In this document: positions 26,492-34,081 of the stretch, piece after piece
How positions within the stretch are numbered: position 1 is the first letter of the stretch
How the letters are laid out: each line of letters begins with the position of its first letter
Virus record (IMG/VR): IMGVR_UViG_3300020414_001615
Coordinates: 1-35,402 of that record
Source of the DNA: a virus
Lineage: Duplodnaviria > Caudoviricetes
Strand: one strand, 5' to 3'
Length of the DNA stretch: 35,402 nt
The notes under the pieces: generated by a model
Told to the model about the DNA's origin: nothing
Database searches by the model: none
The model's input: the letters and a program-made list of their open reading frames with translations, nothing else
Made by a program: the position numbers and the translations under genes

Positions 26492-26612
26492 CTGGACTAC
26501 GGTAGTCCAACCCTACCTACGGTAGAGAAAAAACCTTAAGAAAAAACTTGAGTAATCAGAAGTTATCTGTTTTACTAGTAAACATCACAAGCCGAAAGGC
26601 AAACCAACCAAC
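26492..26612 (+). promoter_or_regulatory. Early module 3: perfect core TGGACTACGGTAGTCCA plus promoter-like repeat
   Basis: Shares the 86 bp identical segment with module 2. Confidence 0.75.
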
Positions 26613-26631
26613 ACAAACCTGAACCTGAATT

Positions 26632-27339
26632 ATGAATATGCTCAACAGCATCCGCAGCCTCGCTGCCAAAGTCAGGAGTGCCGTAGTCACGGTGCTCGCC
26701 GCCCCATTCAAGCCGCTCGTGAAGCGGATTAACACATACATTGACCAGCGTTTGCCCAGTGCGAACGAGGTCGCTGAGTTCGTAGGCATCGACAATGTTG
26801 CTGCCCACATCACAGACCACCCCGATTTTCGGGAGTCGTTGGTGAACCTGATCGAGGTCGATGCCAGTGACGTTGCTGAACACTTCGATCCATCAGACAT
26901 CGCTTACGAGATCGACACCGACAATGTAGCCGGAGCGATGGATCACCAAGAGGTCGCCAGTTACATGGACAGCTACGAGATCGCCGCTGCCGTAGAGGTG
27001 GACCCCGCCGATGTAGCGGAACACATCGAGGTGGATCTCGATGAGATCGCAGAGAAGGTCGAGGTGGACTACGCGGAAGTAGCGGAGCACATCGAGGTCG
27101 ATCACGACGAAGTAGCGGAGCGTGTCTCCGATTACATCGACCGTGACTGTATAGTCGAGTCTGTCCAAGATGGTCTGGACTACGATTCCATCGCCTCGAT
27201 TGTCGCTGACAGTATCCGCGAGGAGGTTGTCGAAACCGTCAAGGCTGACTCGCTCGACACTGACGAGATCGTGGACACCATCCGCCAGCAGGTTCTCGAA
27301 TCGCTCGACGGTATGTCCTACACCCTCACGATTAGCTAA
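26632..27339 (+). CDS. Acidic repeat protein (EVAEHIEVD-type repeats)
   Basis: Basic amphipathic N-terminus, then many 9-13 aa acidic repeats. Confidence 0.7.
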   Translation: MNMLNSIRSLAAKVRSAVVTVLAAPFKPLVKRINTYIDQRLPSANEVAEFVGIDNVAAHITDHPDFRESLVNLIEVDASDVAEHFDPSDIAYEIDTDNVAGAMDHQEVASYMDSYEIAAAVEVDPADVAEHIEVDLDEIAEKVEVDYAEVAEHIEVDHDEVAERVSDYIDRDCIVESVQDGLDYDSIASIVADSIREEVVETVKADSLDTDEIVDTIRQQVLESLDGMSYTLTIS

Positions 27340-27346
27340 CCCTTTC

Positions 27347-27614
27347 GCTCCCTCTCTCCATGCCGTTCCGAACCAACATCTCCTCTGCACGTTTCATGGT
27401 CGGCTGTTATGCGCCGACTGCAAGAGATGCAGGTCAACCGCTGGCCATCGTGCCATGTAGGTAAATGCTCTGGCAGGGATCACCTTGCTAACTGCCTGAC
27501 GGCAATGAAACTGGAGAGAGGGAGCACCAACCCTTTCGCCTCGTCTCCGTAAAATAACCAGCGTCTGCCCTTTATATTGCTGTTCAGGGCAGCGTGTACA
27601 GACGGAGGCGAGGC
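27347..27614 (+). ncRNA. Candidate structured RNA(s): two fold-back domains
   Basis: Perfect 14 bp closing stem 27347-27360/27512-27525 with internal stems; 13 bp stem 27538-27550/27602-27614. Confidence 0.5.
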
Positions 27615-27644
27615 ACCTTTAACCCCAAACCTGAATCCTGAATT

Positions 27645-28769
27645 ATGAATAATACCTCAATGGAATATCCAATCGTCTCCTCTTCGGAGGAGCTGGGCGA
27701 ACATGCCCAGATGTGCCAGACCGATGGCACCATCCTGTTCATCGTCGGCAAAGGCGGTGACGGTAAGACTACCGTGACGAAGGAAGTCATCTGCCCTGCC
27801 CTTGGTCTCAAGGGAATCGAGGGTGAAGACTTCTTCACCATCAACGCAAGTGGCTCCGCTCCCTCCGATGTGAGGGGTGCTGGTGTCCCTGACTTGGAAG
27901 CACGAGAGATGTGGTTTGCCCAGCCAGCACACTGGCCTACCCGTGAACGGATTGGCGACCGACCCTGTGTCCTGCTCCTTGATGAGCTGCCTGACTGGGA
28001 CGTGTCCCTCCAGTCCCTCTGTCGCTCACTGTTCAATCCGAACGGGCCGCGACCGATGATCGGAGATCACGAGCTGTCGGAGAACACCTTTATCGTGGTG
28101 ACTGGCAATCGTCGTATCGACGGTAGCCGCTCCGCTATCCCGTCCTGTCCGTTCGTCACTCGATGCACGTCCCTCATCTGGCAACCTACGCTGGATGGAT
28201 GGCTCGACTGGGCAGCGGACAAGGGCTATGCAAGTAGCCCTGTCTACACCTTCCTCACCTACAACGGACTCGACCAGTTCGGCAGGGAGGGAGACTTCTT
28301 CTCCCCTCCAGTCCCGCAGCCTTGGGACGGTAGTCCCCAGCCATGTCCCCGTGAGTGGGAGGCATGCTGCAAGCTGACTGTCGAGGGTGCCCCTGAGTGG
28401 AGTGACAGTGTGCTCCGCAAGAGCATCGAAGGGAAAGTCGGGAAGGCGGCTGGCAAAGCCAGTTACGCTTTCATCCAGACTGTAGCCAAGCAACTCCCGT
28501 TGCTGGACAAGATCAAGGCAGGGGATGAAGAGCTGCCCAGCAATGAGGCTGACCAGTTTGCTCTCACCCACTGTGCCCTGCGGCAAGCAAGCCGCGACAG
28601 TAGCAACGATCCAGAGGCGGCTGTCGCCAGTGGTGCTCTGGACTGGCTGGTGGAGCGAGTGCTCCTCCCTGCCCGTAACGAGATTACGGAGTGGGGCTTT
28701 AAGACTGCCTTGGCAGTTGGAATCCCGCTCGACCAACACCCCCGCCGCGTAGATTTACAAGGTGTGTAA
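27645..28769 (+). CDS. MoxR/CbbQ/dynein-related AAA+ ATPase
   Basis: Walker A GKGGDGKT, Walker B LLLDE, sensor-1 TGNR, DVRG.P and PREWE motifs. Confidence 0.85.
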   Translation: MNNTSMEYPIVSSSEELGEHAQMCQTDGTILFIVGKGGDGKTTVTKEVICPALGLKGIEGEDFFTINASGSAPSDVRGAGVPDLEAREMWFAQPAHWPTRERIGDRPCVLLLDELPDWDVSLQSLCRSLFNPNGPRPMIGDHELSENTFIVVTGNRRIDGSRSAIPSCPFVTRCTSLIWQPTLDGWLDWAADKGYASSPVYTFLTYNGLDQFGREGDFFSPPVPQPWDGSPQPCPREWEACCKLTVEGAPEWSDSVLRKSIEGKVGKAAGKASYAFIQTVAKQLPLLDKIKAGDEELPSNEADQFALTHCALRQASRDSSNDPEAAVASGALDWLVERVLLPARNEITEWGFKTALAVGIPLDQHPRRVDLQGV

Positions 28770-28775
28770 TTGGTA

Positions 28776-28888
28776 TCCCTCCTACGGAGTTGCTGGACTA
28801 CGGTAGTTCGCTCTCCGTAGGAGGGAAAAAACCTTAAGAAAAAACTTGAGAAACAATACACTATCTGTTTTACTAGTAACCATCACAA
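28776..28888 (+). promoter_or_regulatory. Early module 4: core inside a 14 bp outer stem plus promoter-like repeat
   Basis: TCCCTCCTACGGAG / CTCCGTAGGAGGGA flank CTGGACTACGGTAGTTC; TTGAGA-N17-TTTACTAGTAA. Confidence 0.75.
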
Positions 28889-28912
28889 CTAACCCAAACC
28901 TGAACCTGAATT

Positions 28913-29782
28913 ATGCAAGACCTGAACATTATTAACTCGATCATCGAGGCCCGTTACAAGACGGGTAAACCCGCCATGTCACAGAAGCTGGAGAAACAGC
29001 ATGAACGACTCATCGCTTACTCTGGTGCCCGTGAAGATGCGGTCGATGCGCCTCGCTCCAAGCTCTTCGCTAAGGGTGGGCCTATCACCAAAGCCCGTGC
29101 CATCATCAACAACTTTGGCACATACATCCGCAAGAAGGGAATGCCCGTCCCCGACAAGGTGGGCTGGACATTCCAGAAGGTGGACGAAGTGGACTCAATC
29201 CAAGAGGAGTTCGACAAGCAACGTGACGACCTCGACCACCTGTTTGAAGAGATTCGTGATAGATACGACTCGCTCAAGAACGAGGGGGAGAAACGTCTGG
29301 GGACACTTCGTGACGAAGTTCAATACCCTGCTGTCGAAGACTTCCTCAGTGAGTTTGAGTTCGGACTCCGTTGGAGTGGCACCTCTACTAACATCAGCGA
29401 GACTAACGTCTTAGGTGCTGTTAGTAAGGAGACTGCGGCTCGCATTCGATCCAGCCAACAGACTACCGCTGACACACTCAAGGAGGCACACGGTCATCTT
29501 GTCCGTGATGCTGTCAAGGAGATGTCAGGTGTGGTCGAGGCTCTGCTGGAAGGCAAGCGGCTCCGACAGGAGAGGCTCGACAAACTGGCCAAGGCCAGTG
29601 AGGAGATCCACCGTAAGAACTGGCTCCAACTGCCTGAGCTTACAACACTGGTAGGCACACTCCGTGACCTGACTGTAGACACTAGCGAGATCCCAACCGT
29701 TGAACTGCGGAGGGAACACGCTAAGAAGATAGACTCCGCTAGAGCAAAGGCCGAAGAGACTCTGGCTGCGCTGGGAGTTTAA
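28913..29782 (+). CDS. Helical protein, DUF3150-like partner of AAA/vWA modules
   Basis: 289 aa helical; YP.VE....F.F motif; lies between the ATPase and the vWA gene. Confidence 0.55.
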   Translation: MQDLNIINSIIEARYKTGKPAMSQKLEKQHERLIAYSGAREDAVDAPRSKLFAKGGPITKARAIINNFGTYIRKKGMPVPDKVGWTFQKVDEVDSIQEEFDKQRDDLDHLFEEIRDRYDSLKNEGEKRLGTLRDEVQYPAVEDFLSEFEFGLRWSGTSTNISETNVLGAVSKETAARIRSSQQTTADTLKEAHGHLVRDAVKEMSGVVEALLEGKRLRQERLDKLAKASEEIHRKNWLQLPELTTLVGTLRDLTVDTSEIPTVELRREHAKKIDSARAKAEETLAALGV

Positions 29783-29797
29783 CCTGAAACCTGAATT

Positions 29798-31447
29798 ATG
29801 AAATACACAGCATACGAATTTGATCTCTCACGAGATTCCCTTCTGGGCCGCGCCATGCGGCGGGTCCAGAAGTATGCTCCGTTTGCTTACATGAAGCTCC
29901 TGTCACTGATGTGGGTAGCCACATCCGACACGAATTACGGAGCAACCGATGGACGCAAGCTCTTCCTGAACCTTCTAGGTTTGGACAAGATCAAGCAGAC
30001 CTCTGACCCTGTAGGGTATGCTGCTTTTCTGCTCCTGCATGAAGCCCTGCATGCCCTGCTGTCCCATGCTCTCAGACTTCGTGGTCTCCGTGACCAGAAG
30101 CTGGCGAACATTGCGGCAGACTACATCATCAATGCGATGATTGCATCCATCAACCGCAAGGCGAGAGCAGGTGGAGCAAAGCGCGATCCGTTCCCTATGA
30201 TCGAAGGTGTGCTTCTCGATGAGAAGTTGAGTGCCGATCACCATGTGGTCAAGCTCTACAACATCCTCGATGCCAAGCAGGACGAAGAGCAAGACCCCGC
30301 CTTCGACACTGGTGACGACACTGACGACACTGACGACACTGACGATACCGAAGGTGCCACTGGTGATGACACTGGTGATGACACTGGTGATGACACTGGT
30401 GATGACACTGACGACACCGAAGGTGACACTGGTGATGACACTGGTGATGCCACTGACGACACCGAAGGTGACACTGGTGATGACACTGGTGATGACACTG
30501 GTGATGACACTGGTGATGCCACTGACGACACCGAAGGTGACACTGATCCAAGCCTTGAAGACTTGCTTAACGAGGACACCAGCAATGGGGATAGTGACGA
30601 CACTGGTGATACCGAAGGTGACACTGGTGATACCGAAGGTGACACTGACGATACTGGTGACACTGGTGACAGTGGTGACACTGGCGGCAAGTCAGGTGAC
30701 GAAGCTATCCTCGACGACTTCGTCGGCACACCTACTGGATCAGACCTGCAAGAACCTGCCCTCGATGAGGGTGAGACCTTAGAAGAGTTCGACTCCTCTG
30801 TCGAAGAGTCTAACGAACAGATCACCTTGCAAGAGCAACTCGCTCAGTCCGCTGGGCTGGGTGACGATGACTCTGGCTTCCGCCAACTGGTGAAGCATCG
30901 CAAGCAGTGGCAGGGACTTGACTGGGGATCGTATGTCCGTGAATGGATGACGAGCCGTATGGCTGATAGCTGGAACAAGCCAGTCAATATCCCTACGTTC
31001 GTTACTCGTGGCATCGTCGAAGATGACCGCGAGTCAATGAACATGGGAGAGCTGGGCGTTGTCGTTGACACGTCCTGCTCCGTCCCCCCGTCCATTGTAT
31101 CGGAGATGCTGGAGGCTGTGCAGGAAGCACTCGACACCTTATCCCCAAAGGCAATCCACCTGATTAGCTCCGACCACAAGGTGCAGGAGTATCAGGTATT
31201 GGAACGCGGCGACACCGTGCCCGAATCATTGAAGGGTGGAGGTGGAACCGTATTCCGAAAGGCATTCCAATTCGTAGAGGATGAGATGCTAGACCTCGAT
31301 GGTCTGATCTTCCTCACAGATGGAGACGCCTTCGACTGGGATCAGGTGCATGAGCCATCCTACCCAGTCCTCTGGCTACACTACGAGGATTACAAAGACC
31401 CGACTACCTACCCGTTCGGTCAAGTAGTAGAGGTGAACAGGGTATGA
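29798..31447 (+). CDS. DUF2201-like protein: HEXXH metallopeptidase-like domain, acidic linker, vWA domain
   Basis: ATDG, HEALH, NIAADY.IN; MIDAS DTSCS, GGGT and LTDG. Confidence 0.85.
   Translation: MKYTAYEFDLSRDSLLGRAMRRVQKYAPFAYMKLLSLMWVATSDTNYGATDGRKLFLNLLGLDKIKQTSDPVGYAAFLLLHEALHALLSHALRLRGLRDQKLANIAADYIINAMIASINRKARAGGAKRDPFPMIEGVLLDEKLSADHHVVKLYNILDAKQDEEQDPAFDTGDDTDDTDDTDDTEGATGDDTGDDTGDDTGDDTDDTEGDTGDDTGDATDDTEGDTGDDTGDDTGDDTGDATDDTEGDTDPSLEDLLNEDTSNGDSDDTGDTEGDTGDTEGDTDDTGDTGDSGDTGGKSGDEAILDDFVGTPTGSDLQEPALDEGETLEEFDSSVEESNEQITLQEQLAQSAGLGDDDSGFRQLVKHRKQWQGLDWGSYVREWMTSRMADSWNKPVNIPTFVTRGIVEDDRESMNMGELGVVVDTSCSVPPSIVSEMLEAVQEALDTLSPKAIHLISSDHKVQEYQVLERGDTVPESLKGGGGTVFRKAFQFVEDEMLDLDGLIFLTDGDAFDWDQVHEPSYPVLWLHYEDYKDPTTYPFGQVVEVNRV
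30304..30684 (+). repeat. In-frame tandem repeats of GATGACACTGGT / GACACCGAAGGT units (DDTG/DTEG)
   Basis: Visible 9-12 nt periodicity with higher-order duplications. Confidence 0.9.
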
Positions 31448-31533
31448 ATTACCTTGTCGCTATCGTGGCGGGGATCGCTATTGCAGTGATCCCTGCCCTA
31501 CTCCTCGTTGTCCTAGTCTTCTTATTCACTTAA
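31444..31533 (+). CDS. 29 aa single-TM peptide
   Basis: MNYLVAIVAGIAIAVIPALLLVVLVFLFT; ATGA overlap with the vWA stop. Confidence 0.5.
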   Translation: MNYLVAIVAGIAIAVIPALLLVVLVFLFT

Positions 31534-31562
31534 CCAACTAACCAACTAACCAACTAACAACC

Positions 31563-31949
31563 ATGTTTAACATATTCAAACGCAAACAACCCAACAAGAA
31601 CGCAATGTTCACCCTTCAGCCATACAGATACCTAGGCCAGTGGGTCTTCGATGACGAGACTCGCGGCTTACAAGCCGAGGCTTTTGTATGTGGTATGTCT
31701 GAAATTATCGACGATGTCCTCGTAGCGAACGGCATTGATCCTGTAGATGTGCAGGATGGATTCCGCCTGACCTTCTCGACAACCCCCTTCCCTGACCACA
31801 CTCACTCGCTGACATGGGACAGGAAGGGCGAAGGAGGTAACTGGTATCACTGCGACCAGACTAAAAGGTCTGGCTGGCTGTGCCCTGCTCTGTTCCTCTA
31901 TTACCCAGAGGCTCCCAAGAAGCTGTATGCACGAGCTGACATCTTCTAA
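31563..31949 (+). CDS. DUF6717-like protein
   Basis: PY...WVFDD..GL..E.FV.G, GGNWY and GWLCPAL..Y...P..LY motifs. Confidence 0.7.
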   Translation: MFNIFKRKQPNKNAMFTLQPYRYLGQWVFDDETRGLQAEAFVCGMSEIIDDVLVANGIDPVDVQDGFRLTFSTTPFPDHTHSLTWDRKGEGGNWYHCDQTKRSGWLCPALFLYYPEAPKKLYARADIF

Positions 31950-31959
31950 CTAACCTACG

Positions 31960-31988
31960 GGGGGCTGGACTACGGTAGTTCAGCCCCC
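31960..31988 (+). repeat. Hairpin repeat copy
   Basis: GGGGGCTGGACTACGGTAGTTCAGCCCCC. Confidence 0.9.
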
Positions 31989-32054
31989 TGTTAAAATTAA
32001 ATTTGAACGAATCCTGAACCCTGCTGTCTAAGACGGCACAACCTTAACACAACA

Positions 32055-32177
32055 ATGCCTAACACCTACGAACTCGCAGAACGAATCGCCAACCTCTTGG
32101 AGCAAGAGGGGTGGCAGGTCGAAGATCTCCTCTACATTGAAGAGATGCTCCGCAATGAAAAGAAACGCCAACCATAA
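32055..32177 (+). CDS. 40 aa hypothetical protein
   Basis: Manually translated MPNTYELAERIANLLEQEGWQVEDLLYIEEMLRNEKKRQP; AC-rich leader. Confidence 0.5.
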   Translation: MPNTYELAERIANLLEQEGWQVEDLLYIEEMLRNEKKRQP

Positions 32178-32192
32178 CCTGAATACTGAATT

Positions 32193-32618
32193 ATGAGTAA
32201 CACCACAAACACATGGACCCTCGTGAGGCCCTCACAGGATGACCAACGAATCTGGGCGCATCGCACCGGATACCTATACATCGCAGACCACAGCGGCGAC
32301 GCTGGTGGTAATGGCGACTACACCGCAGTCCCCGTGAGCAACGGGACACCTGAACACACAGACGACGGACCCCTCCGCATTGACGTGAACAGGCTGGAGT
32401 CCTTTGGACTGGAGCTTGAGATCATGCACGGTCGTCTTGAGCGAGCAGAGATCCCCGTCTTTGTTGAGCGCAAGAATGACGAGAAGGCAATCGCCCGTAT
32501 CGACGAGCACGGTGCGTTCTTCCTGTCCAACATGCTGGGCATCCCCATGCACATCAAGTCGGGGCTGGGCTTCTACAAGCTGGAACCCTTCAACAAATAC
32601 AACCCAACTAACAGCTAA
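32193..32618 (+). CDS. Hypothetical protein
   Basis: CTGAATTATG start context shared with neighbouring genes. Confidence 0.6.
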   Translation: MSNTTNTWTLVRPSQDDQRIWAHRTGYLYIADHSGDAGGNGDYTAVPVSNGTPEHTDDGPLRIDVNRLESFGLELEIMHGRLERAEIPVFVERKNDEKAIARIDEHGAFFLSNMLGIPMHIKSGLGFYKLEPFNKYNPTNS

Positions 32619-32629
32619 CAAAAACGATA

Positions 32630-32887
32630 ATGAAAACTGAAGACAACAAACCAAAGCGGGGGAGACCCCGCCTCTATTCTGACGAAGAGCGAATCGAACG
32701 AGCGAGAGAATCCGTGAAAAGATCCAACAGGAAACACAACCACACCACCATCGCAATACGTGGCGAAGACATCGACAAGTTTAGAAAACTCAGAGAGGCC
32801 GAAAGCAAAAAGCTAGGATTCGATTTAAGTAACCAGCAATTCTTCAAGCTCCTCTTCAGGAACTGGGAGGAGAACAACAAAGGATAA
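32630..32887 (+). CDS. Small basic DNA-binding protein (AT-hook-like KRGRPR plus possible ribbon-helix-helix)
   Basis: KPKRGRPR; TTIAI strand followed by two helices. Confidence 0.55.
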   Translation: MKTEDNKPKRGRPRLYSDEERIERARESVKRSNRKHNHTTIAIRGEDIDKFRKLREAESKKLGFDLSNQQFFKLLFRNWEENNKG

Positions 32888-32891
32888 TCAC

Positions 32892-33206
32892 ATGAAGATA
32901 TACGAAGTAAACAACACGGCAGGCCGAACCTTCTACGCAAGTAAGGCTGCTGCAAAGCAGCACCAACTCATCGGAGAATTAGAATATGGTGAGGGTGTCA
33001 CTACAACTGAGATTGAGTTTGACCTCACGAAGAAAGGTGTCGTCAGCATGCTGAACAGTTTATCCTACGTCCCGCCGCAACCTGAAACCCGCACCGTGAT
33101 CCGTAAGACGGCGAGCAAGCCACCGGAGCCTATGTCTCAGGAGGACATCGACAAGTTGGAGAAGTGGGACCGTGCCCACGACGAGTATGCGATACGCGAG
33201 GACTAA
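32892..33206 (+). CDS. Hypothetical protein
   Basis: 104 aa, operon context. Confidence 0.55.
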   Translation: MKIYEVNNTAGRTFYASKAAAKQHQLIGELEYGEGVTTTEIEFDLTKKGVVSMLNSLSYVPPQPETRTVIRKTASKPPEPMSQEDIDKLEKWDRAHDEYAIRED

Positions 33207-33283
33207 ACCCATGAACCCAATAATAGCTTTAACCCTAGCTGCCGCTGTTGTGTGCCTGATCCTTCGGAGACGTAGAGTGCCTG

Positions 33284-33547
33284 ATGAGCAAACCGATAGA
33301 CGTTAGGAAGTGGTGGCCGCAGATTCAGCGCAGGGCTTGTGAGGTTGTATCCCAGCAAGCCCTGCGTGAGCGATCAGCAACCGAAGAGTTGCTCAAGGAA
33401 CTAGAAGACATCCAGACAAGCCTCACGGTGCATGGCGCAGCCAACACAAACGAGTGGATTCTGGACATCTCCTACAGATTGTATGACGCAATCGAGGAGC
33501 ACAAAGAAAAGCTAAACTTAAAAACCAATAATGAAGACAGTAACTGA
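33284..33547 (+). CDS. Hypothetical protein
   Basis: 87 aa helical ORF. Confidence 0.5.
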   Translation: MSKPIDVRKWWPQIQRRACEVVSQQALRERSATEELLKELEDIQTSLTVHGAANTNEWILDISYRLYDAIEEHKEKLNLKTNNEDSN

Positions 33548-33800
33548 AGTAAAAATTGATAAGACTCTTGTTGAGATCAAGAGCAAGAGAGATAAGGACG
33601 CACCCTCTGGGTGGTCAATCATAGCCTTTACCCCTGCCTGTTCGATCAGGTGCACCCGTGCCCATGACGATGTATGGTTCTCTAATTTTGCATGTGCTAT
33701 CATAGCCGCCGCAGGAGTTGAGGGCATCGAAGACGACGAGATGGGAGATTGTTATGACGATGTGTGCGAAGCAATCAAGTCCATCATCGACATCACATGA
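33531..33800 (+). CDS. Hypothetical protein
   Basis: 89 aa, overlaps both neighbours. Confidence 0.5.
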   Translation: MKTVTEVKIDKTLVEIKSKRDKDAPSGWSIIAFTPACSIRCTRAHDDVWFSNFACAIIAAAGVEGIEDDEMGDCYDDVCEAIKSIIDIT

Positions 33801-34039
33801 GCGATTACCCAAAGACACATGTCGTAGAAGTCCACCACCCGAAGGGCATGCCCATGCAAATCAAGGGCTTGTTCTACAAAGGAACTCTTAAGTGGATGTC
33901 TCTAAATGTACTTAGCTCTGATGGCGAAGAGTCTGTTTGCGAAGTGCCTGAAGACAAAGACGAAGTCTTTGATAAGATGAGAGAACTTCTCCACCGTGTG
34001 TTTATCACAAGTGAGAAGATGGGGCGGAAAAGTCGTTGA
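33797..34039 (+). CDS. Hypothetical protein (start MSDYPKTH)
   Basis: ATGA overlap with the upstream stop. Confidence 0.5.
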   Translation: MSDYPKTHVVEVHHPKGMPMQIKGLFYKGTLKWMSLNVLSSDGEESVCEVPEDKDEVFDKMRELLHRVFITSEKMGRKSR

Positions 34040-34048
34040 AGAAAATAG

Positions 34049-34076
34049 TTGACGGTAATAACCGTTGATGTAACCT
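34049..34076 (+). promoter_or_regulatory. Sigma70-type promoter TTGACG-N16-TAACCT with internal inverted repeat ACGGT-N4-ACCGT
   Basis: Same 16-bp geometry as other promoters in the window; no credible CDS follows. Confidence 0.55.
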
Positions 34077-34081
34077 AGCCA

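Noticed and set aside
27347-27614. Retron msr-msd, tRNA or self-splicing intron
   Set aside because: No reverse transcriptase in the window, no cloverleaf/T-loop, and no recognisable group I/II core
30231-30825. Alternative-frame repeat ORFs (VMTL, CHHQ and SPVS repeats)
   Set aside because: By-products of the stop-free tandem repeat inside the vWA gene
19499-31988. CRISPR array interpretation of the repeats
   Set aside because: Spacing is hundreds to thousands of bp and contains whole ORFs; no cas genes are visible
21748-31988. Classical integron attC sites
   Set aside because: No consistent RYYYAAC...GTTRRRY ends and no integron integrase in the window; only the cassette-like layout is analogous
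21757-31988. Hairpin repeats as ordinary intrinsic terminators
   Set aside because: No U-tract follows them on the coding strand, and terminators would not need an invariant core sequence
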